Made by a program: the position numbers and the translations under genes. A DNA stretch of 64,000 nucleotides from Candidatus Poribacteria bacterium (GTDB lineage: Bacteria > Poribacteria > WGA-4E > UBA9662), in contig JAYZAL010000016.1 of the NCBI GenBank assembly GCA_036339735.1, positions 23,499 through 87,498 on the forward strand, given 5' to 3'. Each line of letters begins with the position of its first letter. Position 1 is the stretch's first letter. The notes under the pieces were generated by a model. It was given only the letters and a program-made list of their open reading frames with translations. It did no database searches and was not told where the DNA came from. Below, piece by piece: positions 30,408 through 40,905 of the stretch.

Positions 30408-30665
30408 TTAAATAAAATCCTTTTGAGTATGATATAAAAAAATAAGAGACTAGATCAAATCTCACCAAGCACGTCAATTATATTCAAACAATTAGACCTA
30501 AATCACAGGCACTTTCTATTGGCGAAGTCTTTATAATAGTTCAAAATAATCCTCTAACATTGAACAAATTAACTATACGAGTATTCGAACTTAAATTAAT
30601 CAAAAAATGTAGATAGTACTAACATGTTTACCTGATAACGCAAATATTACTCTGATAAACCTACG

Positions 30666-31778
30666 TCAGTTTAATCTGATTTCCACCGATTGACGCTGTT
30701 TGAAATACCTCAAATATTTATTTGCTTTTTCATGATTAACATTAATCTCAAGAGTTTGCAATAACGTTTGTATTGCTTCGTTTATCTTTCCTTGCTTATA
30801 AAAAACCAAACCAAGATTGGTTAATGCCGCTGTATGAGATGGATTAATTTTGATTTCTCTCTGATAAGCAGTAACTGCCTGCTCATAATTTCCTCGCTTT
30901 GTATACGCATTACCTAGATTAAAGTTTGCATCGTCGAAGTCAGGTTCAATTTGTATAGCTTGTTTATACCATTCAATAGCTATAGACGGCTCGTTCTGTT
31001 CGGCATATAAAAAGCCTACATTATAATATGTACTAGCGTCGTTGGGGTTCAGTTTCAAGGCTTTCTGGTATGCTGTGATAGCCAAGGCTCTTTTTTTCTG
31101 TTTAGCATATATAAAACCCAGATTGTAATGAGCGTTCACGAAATAGGGGTCAATCTGAATTGCTTTTTGGAATGCGAAAACAGCTTCTGTGAGCTTGCCA
31201 AGCTTTGCTAATGTATTACCAAGATTATAATGGGGGTTTTTGTCATTAGGAGCTCTACTAACTGCTTCCTGATACATGAAAAGGGCATTTTCCAAATGCC
31301 CTTGCTGTTCTAAGATAGAACCAATGTTGAAGTAAGCATTGGCGTTTTTTGGGTTAAGTTCAATTACTCGTTCAAATTCAGAAATTGCCTCTTCCAGTCT
31401 ACCATCAGTCTGATAAGCGCAACCTAAATTATGATGTAGACTAGAGTCGTTTTGATTAGTGCGAATACCTGCCTTAAAAGCTTTTATCGCTGATGAAGAT
31501 TGCCCTTGCTGTAAATACACTAAACCTAAATTATTATGGGCAATAGAAAAGTTTGGGGCGATTTGAATAGCTTTTAGATATGATTGAACTGCTTTAAGTA
31601 AATCACCTTTTTGAGCATATAAGAGACCAAGGTTATTATATACAGATGCTCGTTCTGAATCGATTAAAATTGCATTGTGATATGCTTCTATAGCTTGATC
31701 TAACTTTGCTTGTTTGGTATATTCAATCGCTAAACGAAAATAGTGGTTTGCCGTATCAAGTTCGGTTTTATCTGTCAT
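30666..31778 (-). CDS. Tetratricopeptide repeat protein (about 10 TPRs)
   Basis: 34-aa periodicity of NLG..Y...G....A...Y..AI.I.P throughout. Confidence 0.92.
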   Translation of the reverse strand: MTDKTELDTANHYFRLAIEYTKQAKLDQAIEAYHNAILIDSERASVYNNLGLLYAQKGDLLKAVQSYLKAIQIAPNFSIAHNNLGLVYLQQGQSSSAIKAFKAGIRTNQNDSSLHHNLGCAYQTDGRLEEAISEFERVIELNPKNANAYFNIGSILEQQGHLENALFMYQEAVSRAPNDKNPHYNLGNTLAKLGKLTEAVFAFQKAIQIDPYFVNAHYNLGFIYAKQKKRALAITAYQKALKLNPNDASTYYNVGFLYAEQNEPSIAIEWYKQAIQIEPDFDDANFNLGNAYTKRGNYEQAVTAYQREIKINPSHTAALTNLGLVFYKQGKINEAIQTLLQTLEINVNHEKANKYLRYFKQRQSVEIRLN

Positions 31779-32056
31779 GAATCACTAATTGCAGAAAAAA
31801 TGTTATATCATCCATACCCAATTCCAAGTTGATTCGAAACTTTTATTATTCACTTTTCCTATTATTTTCTCTCTACTTAATGGTTAATTCTCAAATAGTA
31901 ATATGGCGCAAGTAGATAATTCTTCGTATGAAATAGGGATGTCCAAGTCTTAGCGAGAATTCAATTCGTTGGTAATTCCACAAGACAGTAAAAATGCAAT
32001 CCCAAGTTTTTTCTTTAGCGCAAAACTGTCAATTCAAATTTAATTAAATTAAAAAA

Positions 32057-33730
32057 ATGATTAGATACGAAGATATCATATCTCAACTAGATCATAATAT
32101 ACAACGTCTGCTAGCAAAGCAAATTACCGATCCAAACAGTCTCAACAGAGGTGGATTTATGGATAAAGATGGTCTAGTAGGACCAAATAGCGTTTCCTCA
32201 GCTACTATGTTATGTTACGGATATTTGCTGGAAGAATCTCGGTTTTTTCGAAATAACCAGTTATTGAAATCAATCTTGGAGGCCGGGGAATTTGGACGTC
32301 GTACCAGGCGACCTTCTGGTAATTTTGATTTACTGACAACAAATTTCGATTCCTCTCCCGATACAGCTTTTGTTGTTAAATCTTTGGCTCCAGCGATTAA
32401 GCTTGCAAACTCTCAAGAAGATGAGGGGGCACAACAAATTGCCTCTTCCTTGGGTGAACTGATTATTACGGGATCGAAAGGAATCATACGGGGAGGCTTC
32501 CATACCCCCAATCACCGGTGGGTAATCCTAGCTGCATTATCTATGACCCAACAACTTTATCCAGACTTACAATTTCATAATACGATTGGTTCATATTTAG
32601 AGGAAGGCATAGATATTAACTCGGATGGTGAATACAGTGAAAGAAGTACAGGTATTTACAACGCTATTGTTAACCGCGCACTTATCTTATCTGCTGAGGC
32701 CTTAGATCGTCCTACGTTATTAGAACCTGTTCGAAGAAGCCTAGATTTCAGCTATCATTTGATCCATAGCGATGCTACCATTGTGACTAGTATTTCACGT
32801 CGACAAGATCAAGGAAATCGTTCAATACCAATTACGTTAGCTGACAGTTTCCATGCCATGTCTCATATTGATGACAACGGCTTCTTCGCATCCGTTGCTG
32901 ACTGGTTAACTCAGAAAGGAAGAAGTGGATTAATATGCTTATCTAATTTTGTCCGTCACCCCGATTGGCGAACAAATTATATAACACGAAAGCCTCTAAA
33001 TCGTGAGTATGTAAAGGTTTACCCTACATCTGGTATATGGCGCGTCCGTAGAAAAAAAATCAGTGCGACAGCACTAGCCAAATTAACCTCTCCCTTCACC
33101 ATACAACAAGGCCAACTAGAGATGATAGTTAAAATATGTTCAACTTTTTTCGCTACTGGTCAATTTGAAGGGGAAGAATTTCAGGCGACTGAAAACTGGG
33201 TTAGAATGAAACATAAGGGGCGCAACAAAATTTACCCTGAGAAAGACTATCTTGGTGGTGTCTATTGGTTACCGGTAGATGAAAAAGTAAACACAAATAA
33301 TTGGCAAGAAGTAAGAGGTCGTCGAAAAATTTACCAAGTATCGCCATTAGAGGTCGAACTCTACATAGAAAAAGTTTCTAATGGCTTCGATTTGTATATT
33401 CAAACCGAGGGTGGGTTAAATAATGTTCCCTTTCAGATCGAGTGTAATTTAACTCCGGGTGGAATTTTGGATACGGACAGTATGACTTGCGAAGGAAAAT
33501 TAGGAAATACAGTTTTTCTGAAAAGTGGATGGGCTCGTTATACGATCGGCGAAGATTGTATTCATATCGGACCTGGTAATAAAGTACATCAGATGTGGAA
33601 AATGCGTAATAGTGAAGTCAATGATAAATTGTTTCGCTTACTAATCACTGACATGACGCCAATTAGAAGAAAGTTAGAAATTCGTTGCGGTGAATGGTCG
33701 GAAGCACAACAAAATTGGCAGGACATGTAA
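32057..33730 (+). CDS. Conserved hypothetical protein, possibly heparinase II/III-like lyase fold
   Basis: 557-aa ORF; motifs GGFHTPNHRW and DGEYSERSTGIY; helical N-half and beta-rich C-half. Confidence 0.55.
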   Translation: MIRYEDIISQLDHNIQRLLAKQITDPNSLNRGGFMDKDGLVGPNSVSSATMLCYGYLLEESRFFRNNQLLKSILEAGEFGRRTRRPSGNFDLLTTNFDSSPDTAFVVKSLAPAIKLANSQEDEGAQQIASSLGELIITGSKGIIRGGFHTPNHRWVILAALSMTQQLYPDLQFHNTIGSYLEEGIDINSDGEYSERSTGIYNAIVNRALILSAEALDRPTLLEPVRRSLDFSYHLIHSDATIVTSISRRQDQGNRSIPITLADSFHAMSHIDDNGFFASVADWLTQKGRSGLICLSNFVRHPDWRTNYITRKPLNREYVKVYPTSGIWRVRRKKISATALAKLTSPFTIQQGQLEMIVKICSTFFATGQFEGEEFQATENWVRMKHKGRNKIYPEKDYLGGVYWLPVDEKVNTNNWQEVRGRRKIYQVSPLEVELYIEKVSNGFDLYIQTEGGLNNVPFQIECNLTPGGILDTDSMTCEGKLGNTVFLKSGWARYTIGEDCIHIGPGNKVHQMWKMRNSEVNDKLFRLLITDMTPIRRKLEIRCGEWSEAQQNWQDM

Positions 33731-33868
33731 TAGTAAACAATCGAATGACAAAAGTCAAAACGAATCTACATGAGGCGCTTATATTGGATATTCTTACTAA
33801 ATTTGATATTGATGACTGCATAATTACTCGGTATACTGAAGCTAGGACAGGTAATTAAATGTGAGTAT

Positions 33869-35182
33869 GTGCACGTGCCAAAAGTAGACAAACCGAATAT
33901 CCTATTTATTTTAGCTGATGATCTCGGCTGGGGAGACGTTAGTTATCATGGCTCAGATATCCGAACGCCAGCTATTGATCGATTAGCAGAATCAGGTATC
34001 CAACTGGAACAGCACTATGTTTGTCCCATGTGTACACCAACACGTGTGTCATTTTTGACCGGCCGATATCCAGGCCGGTTCGGACGACGTGCAACTACCC
34101 CCTCTAATCCACCAGTATTACCAGACAACTACGAGACATTAGCAACTTCTTTGAGAAACAATGGTTATGACACGGGACTCTTCGGCAAGTGGCATCTTGG
34201 TTCCTCTCCACAGTTTGGTCCAAATCACTTTGGTTTCAACACTTCTTACGGTAGTTTAGCTGGTGGTGTTGACCCTTACAATCATCACTACAAACGTGGT
34301 GAATTCTCTCAGACTTGGCATCGAAATTGTCAGCTGATTAAACAATCTGGACATGTAACAGATCTCATCACTGATGAAGCGATAAAATGGTTAGTTGGGC
34401 GAGAAAAACCGTGGTTTTGTTATGTGCCATTTACTGCTGTCCATGTGCCCATAAAGGCTCCACAAAAGTGGCTTGACCAATACCAATTCTCTACCTATGA
34501 TGATGACCCATTAAAAGATCAGTCATTCAAAAGATATGCTGCTTACACCAGCCAAATGGATTCCGCAGTGGGAAGATTAATAGAAGTATTGGAATGCCTC
34601 AACCAACGAGATAACACAATAATTATTTTTAGTTCAGACAATGGGGCTATTTCGAGCGCTAGACTTCATAGTAGCGATCAATACCCTGGTTGGCAGGAAG
34701 AACAACCAAAATTGGGAAGCAATAAACCATTTCGTGGTCAAAAAGCACAGCTTTACGAAGGTGGGATTCGGACACCAACTATAATCAACTGGAGAGGAAA
34801 ATTGTCGCCCAGTGTTTGTCTCCAACCGCTACATATTGCGGATTGGATGCCAACATTAACAAATTTGGCTGACTGCAAACTCAATCATGATCCAAAGTGG
34901 GATGGTGTAGATATTTGGCCAGTGATTGCAGAAGGGGAAAAGGTTGATAATCGAGTTTTGTTTTGGAATTTCAAGGGTACGCAATTTTGTCTTCGGCAGG
35001 GGAACTGGAAATTGATTACAACCGATGACATGTCAGCAAGCGATAGTCAGCTATATCATATTGAAAGCGATCCGTATGAAACAACGGATCTGTCCCTGGG
35101 AAGGCCGGAAATCGTCAAGCAACTACTAGATCAAGTGACTCAACAAAGGAAACTAGACGGTATATCACAGCGCAATGAATAA
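33869..35182 (+). CDS. Cys-type (formylglycine) arylsulfatase, S1 family
   Basis: KPNILFILADDLGWGD, CTPTR, LTGRY, GKWHLG, SDNG, YEGGIR. Confidence 0.93.
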   Translation: MHVPKVDKPNILFILADDLGWGDVSYHGSDIRTPAIDRLAESGIQLEQHYVCPMCTPTRVSFLTGRYPGRFGRRATTPSNPPVLPDNYETLATSLRNNGYDTGLFGKWHLGSSPQFGPNHFGFNTSYGSLAGGVDPYNHHYKRGEFSQTWHRNCQLIKQSGHVTDLITDEAIKWLVGREKPWFCYVPFTAVHVPIKAPQKWLDQYQFSTYDDDPLKDQSFKRYAAYTSQMDSAVGRLIEVLECLNQRDNTIIIFSSDNGAISSARLHSSDQYPGWQEEQPKLGSNKPFRGQKAQLYEGGIRTPTIINWRGKLSPSVCLQPLHIADWMPTLTNLADCKLNHDPKWDGVDIWPVIAEGEKVDNRVLFWNFKGTQFCLRQGNWKLITTDDMSASDSQLYHIESDPYETTDLSLGRPEIVKQLLDQVTQQRKLDGISQRNE

Positions 35183-35218
35183 GTAGCAAACCTCAAAAAT
35201 CAAACAAAGAACTTATTT

Positions 35219-36028
35219 TTAGGAAGTCAGAAAACTTTTCCATACTAGTTGGGTCGCAAAAGCTAAAACGGCACACACCAGGACTACACGGATCCGTTTG
35301 TCGCCTTTTTCAACTGCCCATTGGCTTCCAACCCAAGCTCCCACGGCATTTCCAAAACCAAGAGCAATACCAAGCCCCCAATCGATGTGTCCGTTTCGGA
35401 TAAAAATAGCTAAGGCTACCAGCGTACAAAAAAGTACAACCAACATTTTAAGAGCATTGGTTCTTACTAAGTCAAATCCATTAACGATAGTAAGCGTTGC
35501 AATAATCATGAATCCTGCACCCGCCTGTATAAATCCCATATATATACCAAGCACGAAAAAAATCAAACCTGCTGTAATTTTTCGCGTTAGACTCAAATTT
35601 TGGATCTGTAGTTGAAATTTTTTAAGAGGATTGAATAATGTAAGAATCAAGACACCAACCATAATACCAGCTAGTACGCGGTTAAAAATAACACCACTCT
35701 TATCAATTTTTCCTAATTTAATTACCAATAAGGTTCCGAAGACTGCTCCTAACATCGCGGGTAATGTGATCAGAATTCCATAACTAAAATCTGAAACTCC
35801 TTTCCGGCGAAAACCGACTACACCAACAATGTTTTGTAGCATAATCGCTAGTCGATTAGTACCATTAGCAATTGTAGCACCTGGTAACCCAAGAAAAATC
35901 AAGACAGGTAAAGTTAGTAGTGAACCACCACCAGCCACCGAATTAAGGAAGCCGGCAAAAATTCCAGTAAAGGTCAGTAAAGCATAGCGAGCAACTGGAT
36001 GTTCTAATAGAGAAGTTAAAAAATCCAC
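35219..36028 (-). CDS. Sulfite exporter TauE/SafE family membrane protein
   Basis: AGFLNSVAGGGSLLTLP, ANGTNR, YMGFIQAGAG; multiple TM segments. Confidence 0.88.
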   Translation of the reverse strand: MDFLTSLLEHPVARYALLTFTGIFAGFLNSVAGGGSLLTLPVLIFLGLPGATIANGTNRLAIMLQNIVGVVGFRRKGVSDFSYGILITLPAMLGAVFGTLLVIKLGKIDKSGVIFNRVLAGIMVGVLILTLFNPLKKFQLQIQNLSLTRKITAGLIFFVLGIYMGFIQAGAGFMIIATLTIVNGFDLVRTNALKMLVVLFCTLVALAIFIRNGHIDWGLGIALGFGNAVGAWVGSQWAVEKGDKRIRVVLVCAVLAFATQLVWKSFLTS

Positions 36029-36038
36029 GGAATATTTT

Positions 36039-37106
36039 TTAGTTTAGATGTTGATAAAAAAAGTCGCGTTGCTTGGGAGTAAGACCCAATTCACCAACGA
36101 CTCTTTCGATTTCTTCCATCGGCATACAATAAACGGTACCTGCTTGGCTAACTACATTTTCCTCAATCATTGTCCCACCCATGTCGTTGGCTCCAAATTT
36201 TAGCGACAATTGACCGATTTTAGGACCTTGTGTCACCCAAGAAGACTGAAAATTATCGAAGTTATCTAATACCAATCGCGAAACAGCTAAAGTTTTTAAG
36301 TATTCGAAACTACCAGCTGGAACAAGATGTTCTAACTGAGTATGATTAGGCTGTAACGACCAACAAATAAAAGCGGTAAAACCGTTGGTTTCGTCTTGTA
36401 GCTCACGGAGTCGAAGTAAGTGCTCCACGCGTTCAGCATAACTTTCTAAGTGACCATACATCATGGTTGCACTTGACCGTAAACCGACCAAATGCCCTTG
36501 TCGCATAACTTCTAACCATTCATCAGCTGTACACTTTTTCCTGCTAATTGCTTGCCTAGCATGATCTGTTAAAATTTCTGCCCCACCTCCTGGAATGGAG
36601 CCAAGTCCAGCTTCTTGTAACCTGGTCAGTGTCTCGGATAAAGAAATTTTGTTAATTTTGGCAAACCAATCTAATTCAGGTGGCGAAAACCCGTGAATAT
36701 GGATATCGTAATTGGACTTTATCCAACGAAGTAAATCTTCATACCATTCAAGTTTTAATGTTGGGTGAAGACCTCCCTGCAATAAAATCTGTACACCACC
36801 AAGATCCAATGTTTCTTCTATTTTTTCCCCGAGTTCCTCACGAGACATTACATAAGCATCAGGATCAGTTTTATGCCGATAAAAAGCACAAAAATCACAA
36901 TCGACATAACATAAATTAGTATAATTTATATTGCGATCCACGATGTACGTAACGTAGCCATTGGGGTGGAGGCGTTGACGTACCTGATCAGCAGCATTTC
37001 CAATAGAAATTAAGTCAAAACTTCTGAATAAGGAAAGACTGTCGTCAAAATTGAGACGTTGTCCAGCTAGAGCTTTCTCTAAGATTGGCTGAATTAGTTT
37101 ATCCAT
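36039..37106 (-). CDS. mqnC: Cyclic dehypoxanthinyl futalosine synthase (radical SAM, futalosine menaquinone pathway)
   Basis: VTYIVDRNINYTNLCYVDCDFCAFYR, LLQGG.HP, PGGGAEIL, QSSWVTQG, GANDMGGTMIEENVV. Confidence 0.9.
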   Translation of the reverse strand: MDKLIQPILEKALAGQRLNFDDSLSLFRSFDLISIGNAADQVRQRLHPNGYVTYIVDRNINYTNLCYVDCDFCAFYRHKTDPDAYVMSREELGEKIEETLDLGGVQILLQGGLHPTLKLEWYEDLLRWIKSNYDIHIHGFSPPELDWFAKINKISLSETLTRLQEAGLGSIPGGGAEILTDHARQAISRKKCTADEWLEVMRQGHLVGLRSSATMMYGHLESYAERVEHLLRLRELQDETNGFTAFICWSLQPNHTQLEHLVPAGSFEYLKTLAVSRLVLDNFDNFQSSWVTQGPKIGQLSLKFGANDMGGTMIEENVVSQAGTVYCMPMEEIERVVGELGLTPKQRDFFYQHLN

Positions 37107-37174
37107 TTTAATTCTCTTGTAATTTAAATTTAGCCTTATCTGATATCAACTTTTAATTTCTAAATACCAAAAAT

Positions 37175-38035
37175 TTATTGACGCTTTGCTTGTGGCCCAT
37201 GAGCAATGGGATCCGAACCGATCCACCGCTCGTCTGCGGGTTCAGACGCCGGTTGATAACGAGTATCTAGAGTCAACCTAATTCGATTATTAGGAGACTC
37301 ATTATCTAATGAACAATGCATTGTGTGCATTGTAAACAAAAGCAAATCACCAGCCTCAAAGTCAGTTGTCAGCCACTGGCCACCAAATTGTTTTTGTACT
37401 TCCATTGGATCCTGAGTATACCATCCACCAAATTGTTGAGTGCTTCGCTCATCATCAACATCAATTGAACCATAGGTGGAAATTAACTGGTTAAACTGAT
37501 GTGAACCTTTCAAAATAGCTAAAGAACCTTCAGTCTTAGAAACATCCATTAAGGGAGTCCAACTGGTATGTAGTTGTTTAGAACCGCGCCCCATATAAAC
37601 CCAATCATAGTGACAGCCAGTAGCTGTACCAACACTGACGGCTCGTACCCAAATAAAGTCAAAAGCACGAGCGGGTTCACCAAAGAATTGATTATAGAAA
37701 TCGATCATTTCACCTCTTTGAGTCAAATTTCTGACGGCTACACCGTTTCGAAGATTCGCTTGATCTACTTTATTTTTCATTTCTAGATCAACACCTTCTC
37801 TGATCAGATAATTCTCATCGACCGATCCATTCCGGTTCATTTTGATTAGCAATTCATCTCGTGCTGCCTTGACTTTTTCTTTATTTAGTAAACCTCGCAG
37901 AAGTAAATAACCATCTTCGGTGATTCTTTGTCTAAGTTTTGAAGGAGTATTGAGTAAATCATTCGATGAACGAAGCTCACCAAATTTACTAGGTGACATA
38001 TCGAACTCGTTTTTACAAGAGGTCCAAGTCTTCAT
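37175..38035 (-). CDS. Phytanoyl-CoA dioxygenase (PhyH) family Fe(II)/2OG enzyme
   Basis: DGYLLLRG, HYD, GSH, AGDLLLF...HCS, R.TLDTRYQ. Confidence 0.85.
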   Translation of the reverse strand: MKTWTSCKNEFDMSPSKFGELRSSNDLLNTPSKLRQRITEDGYLLLRGLLNKEKVKAARDELLIKMNRNGSVDENYLIREGVDLEMKNKVDQANLRNGVAVRNLTQRGEMIDFYNQFFGEPARAFDFIWVRAVSVGTATGCHYDWVYMGRGSKQLHTSWTPLMDVSKTEGSLAILKGSHQFNQLISTYGSIDVDDERSTQQFGGWYTQDPMEVQKQFGGQWLTTDFEAGDLLLFTMHTMHCSLDNESPNNRIRLTLDTRYQPASEPADERWIGSDPIAHGPQAKRQ

Positions 38036-38206
38036 TTTGAATTATTGTTTACCCTTTTCCAGTCATTTGAGTTAGTGTTATTTTGAATCTTAATATAATT
38101 TGGGGGCAATTGCAACAATACCATCAAAGAATCAATTTTTGTTTCTTCTGATTCTAACCTGTGCTAAAATCTAGTACTGGCAGATGAGATTATAGGAGAA
38201 TATAGA

Positions 38207-38620
38207 ATGTCGAAGACTAAGTTAGTTCATATTGGGGTTCGGTGTACGAACTTAGAGAAAAGCCTCGTTTTTTGGCGAGATGCCCTGGGTCTGAAAATTA
38301 GCCAACAGACTGAAGATTGCTTTGATTTGACCGATGGGTTTCACAATTTTCGTGTTTTCCAACACAACGGTCCGGATCGCCCCCAGCATGTTAGTGGTAT
38401 GCTAGATTACCTGCATATTGGAGTTTGTGTGCCGAACTTGGAAGAAGCAGCTGAGCGTTGTTTGGAAATGGGGTTTCAGATATTTTCAGATGGTCTTGGT
38501 GGTGAGGAGGTACTGGATCCACATGACATACAAGATACCGCCTTCAAAGTTGAAGACCCAGATGGTATCACTGTCGATATTACTTGCTCGGACCAACAGT
38601 GGCCAGGGATAAATATCTAG
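38207..38620 (+). CDS. VOC family (glyoxalase-like) protein
   Basis: HIGVRCTNLEKS..FWRDALGL, HIGVCV, EDPDG; RBS AGGAG. Confidence 0.85.
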   Translation: MSKTKLVHIGVRCTNLEKSLVFWRDALGLKISQQTEDCFDLTDGFHNFRVFQHNGPDRPQHVSGMLDYLHIGVCVPNLEEAAERCLEMGFQIFSDGLGGEEVLDPHDIQDTAFKVEDPDGITVDITCSDQQWPGINI

Positions 38621-38641
38621 AAGCCAAAACTGTTTATATAC

Positions 38642-38679
38642 AAAAGAGGCTTGCTATATTCTGTCATAGCAAGCCTCTT
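38642..38679. terminator. Hairpin terminator between convergent VOC and glnB genes
   Basis: 14-bp inverted repeat AAGAGGCTTGCTAT / ATAGCAAGCCTCTT. Confidence 0.75.
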
Positions 38680-38707
38680 ACAGTTAGTATTCTATTTCGG
38701 AGATAAA

Positions 38708-39073
<366 letters not shown>

Positions 39074-39120
39074 TCAGTTGACTAACTAGTAAGACAGGTA
39101 TAGAATGCGACGGTTATTTA

Positions 39121-40128
39121 CTAAACTGTTTTTGTGGTAGAAATAATCGCTGCCGCAATTTTGTAGGGATCTCCATTAGAAGCAGGTCTTCTGTCTTCAA
39201 GCCTACCTTTCCAACCATCTTCAACCGTATTGACAGGTATCCGGATTGATGCCGTTCTATCAGATTCACCGTAGGAAAACGTATCGATCGATTCAGTTTC
39301 GTGTAAACCTGTCAAACGTTGTTCATTATCTGCACCGTAGACCGATATATGTTTATCTATATTTTCTCCAAACGCCTCACAAATACCTTTGAACAGAGAT
39401 TCACCGCCAGTTTCTCTCATTGCTCCGTTAGAAAAGTTGGCATGCATCCCTGACCCGTTCCAATCTCCTTTAACTGGCTTAGGATGCCAATTGATTGCAA
39501 TGCCGTACTTTTCAGCATTTCTTTCAGCCAGATATCTAGCAACCCAAATCTGATCTCCAGCTTCTTTTGCTCCCTTGGCAAATATCTGAAATTCCCACTG
39601 GCCTGTTGCTACCTCTGCGTTAATTCCTTCAACATTCAACCCTGCATCTAAGCATTGGTCAAGGTGAGTTTCAACAATCTCTCGACCGAATGTATTTTTA
39701 GCACCTACACTACAGTAATAAGGTCCCTGAGGAGCGGGATAGGCAAATGCGGGAAAACCAAGGGGTAATTCAGTTTCTGGGTTCCACAAAAAGTATTCTT
39801 GCTCAAAACCGAACCAAAAATCGTTATCGTCGTCCTCAATAGTTGCCCGACCATTAGTCTCGTGCGGCGTACCATCGGCGTTCAGTACTTCTGACATTAC
39901 GAGGTATCCGTTGAGCCTATCTGGATCTGGGAATATTGCTACGGGCTTTAGAAGACAGTCCGATGAGTCCCCGGAAGCTTGCTCGGTTGAACTACCATCA
40001 AAGTTCCACATGGGACAATCTTCTAATTTTCCTGAAAAGTCTTTCTCGATACGTGTTTTGCTTCTAAGACTTTGGGTTGGCTCGAAACCGTCCAACCAAA
40101 TGTATTCTAATTTTGATTTTACGCTCAT
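39121..40128 (-). CDS. glnII: Glutamine synthetase type II
   Basis: 335 aa; EYIWLDG, LRSKTR, WNFDGSST, FGFEQEY, PQGPYYC, GINAEV, GDWNGSGMHANFS, RLTGLHET, LEDRRPASNGDPY. Confidence 0.92.
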   Translation of the reverse strand: MSVKSKLEYIWLDGFEPTQSLRSKTRIEKDFSGKLEDCPMWNFDGSSTEQASGDSSDCLLKPVAIFPDPDRLNGYLVMSEVLNADGTPHETNGRATIEDDDNDFWFGFEQEYFLWNPETELPLGFPAFAYPAPQGPYYCSVGAKNTFGREIVETHLDQCLDAGLNVEGINAEVATGQWEFQIFAKGAKEAGDQIWVARYLAERNAEKYGIAINWHPKPVKGDWNGSGMHANFSNGAMRETGGESLFKGICEAFGENIDKHISVYGADNEQRLTGLHETESIDTFSYGESDRTASIRIPVNTVEDGWKGRLEDRRPASNGDPYKIAAAIISTTKTV

Positions 40129-40209
40129 CTGTTAACACAGACCTCCAAACGAGTTATGTAAATAGTGACCAGAAAACAGGTTGCTTCACCTAACAGCTAC
40201 ACTGTTTAT

Positions 40210-40226
40210 GGCAATTTATATGCCAA
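40210..40226 (-). promoter_or_regulatory. Sigma54 (-24/-12) promoter of glnII-glnB
   Basis: TTGGCATATAAATTGCC on the minus strand: GG-N10-GC spacing with TTGC. Confidence 0.7.
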
Positions 40227-40250
40227 ATTAAGAACCTAGTTCAATCGGGA

Positions 40251-40280
40251 ATTATAGCACGAATACCCGTAAAATGACAG
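40251..40280 (-). promoter_or_regulatory. Upstream sigma70-type promoter of glnII-glnB
   Basis: CTGTCA-N18-TATAAT with TGn extended -10. Confidence 0.5.
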
Positions 40281-40285
40281 CTGCC

Positions 40286-40326
40286 AGCAAGAAAAAACAG
40301 CAGAACATTGCCTAAAAATCAGGCAA
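40286..40326. promoter_or_regulatory. NtrC-like enhancer boxes
   Basis: TGCCTAAAAATCAGGCA (TGC-N11-GCA, 40309-40325) and a weaker AGC-N11-GCA at 40286-40302. Confidence 0.5.
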
Positions 40327-40900
40327 GCTGCTGAAAGTCGTGGCTGAACCGGCTACCTTCCGGCTCAATCTGGCCAGCATACTTATTGCCGCTTTTCTTT
40401 TTATAAGGGACTTTGACTGGAGAAGATAATTGTTGAAAAGTGAAAGCACAAATTCGATCGCCGGGATACAGCTTAACCGGCATTCGCCCGAGGTTACCTA
40501 ATTCTAAGGTGGCGGTTCCCACCCAACCAGGATCAAATAAACCCGCAGTACTATGTACAATTATACCAATCCTAGCAAGGCTACTTCGTCCTTCTAACCG
40601 CCCCATGATATCATCACTGAGTTCCAAGGTTTCTCGAGTAGCAGCCAAGACAAAATCACCTGGCTGAATGGTAAAAGCATCACCATCAGCAACCTCAACT
40701 TTTCGCATCAACTCATTGATACTGAAATCTGATCGAAGATCAATATGTGAATACTTACTGTGTTCAAAAACCCGGAAGGTATTACCAAGATGAAAATCGA
40801 GAGAACATGAACCTAATTGAGTTGAAAAGTCGGGAAATGGGGCAACCTTTATCTTACCTAGGTCTATAGCTTGGACAATATCTTGATCTGATAGTAGCAT
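40319..40900 (-). CDS. dcd: dCTP deaminase
   Basis: MLLSDQDI, SLDFHLG, EGRSSLARIG, TAGLFDPGW.G..TLEL.N, KYAGQ. Confidence 0.93.
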   Translation of the reverse strand: MLLSDQDIVQAIDLGKIKVAPFPDFSTQLGSCSLDFHLGNTFRVFEHSKYSHIDLRSDFSINELMRKVEVADGDAFTIQPGDFVLAATRETLELSDDIMGRLEGRSSLARIGIIVHSTAGLFDPGWVGTATLELGNLGRMPVKLYPGDRICAFTFQQLSSPVKVPYKKKSGNKYAGQIEPEGSRFSHDFQQLA

Positions 40901-40905
40901 TATAT

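Noticed and set aside
30410-32056. AT-richer stretch with the TPR gene as a possible foreign island
   Set aside because: No integrase, transposase or flanking repeats, and the composition shift was not quantified
40129-40200. Glutamine (glnA) riboswitch in the glnII leader
   Set aside because: I could not recognise the motif's conserved structure; promoter elements account for the region
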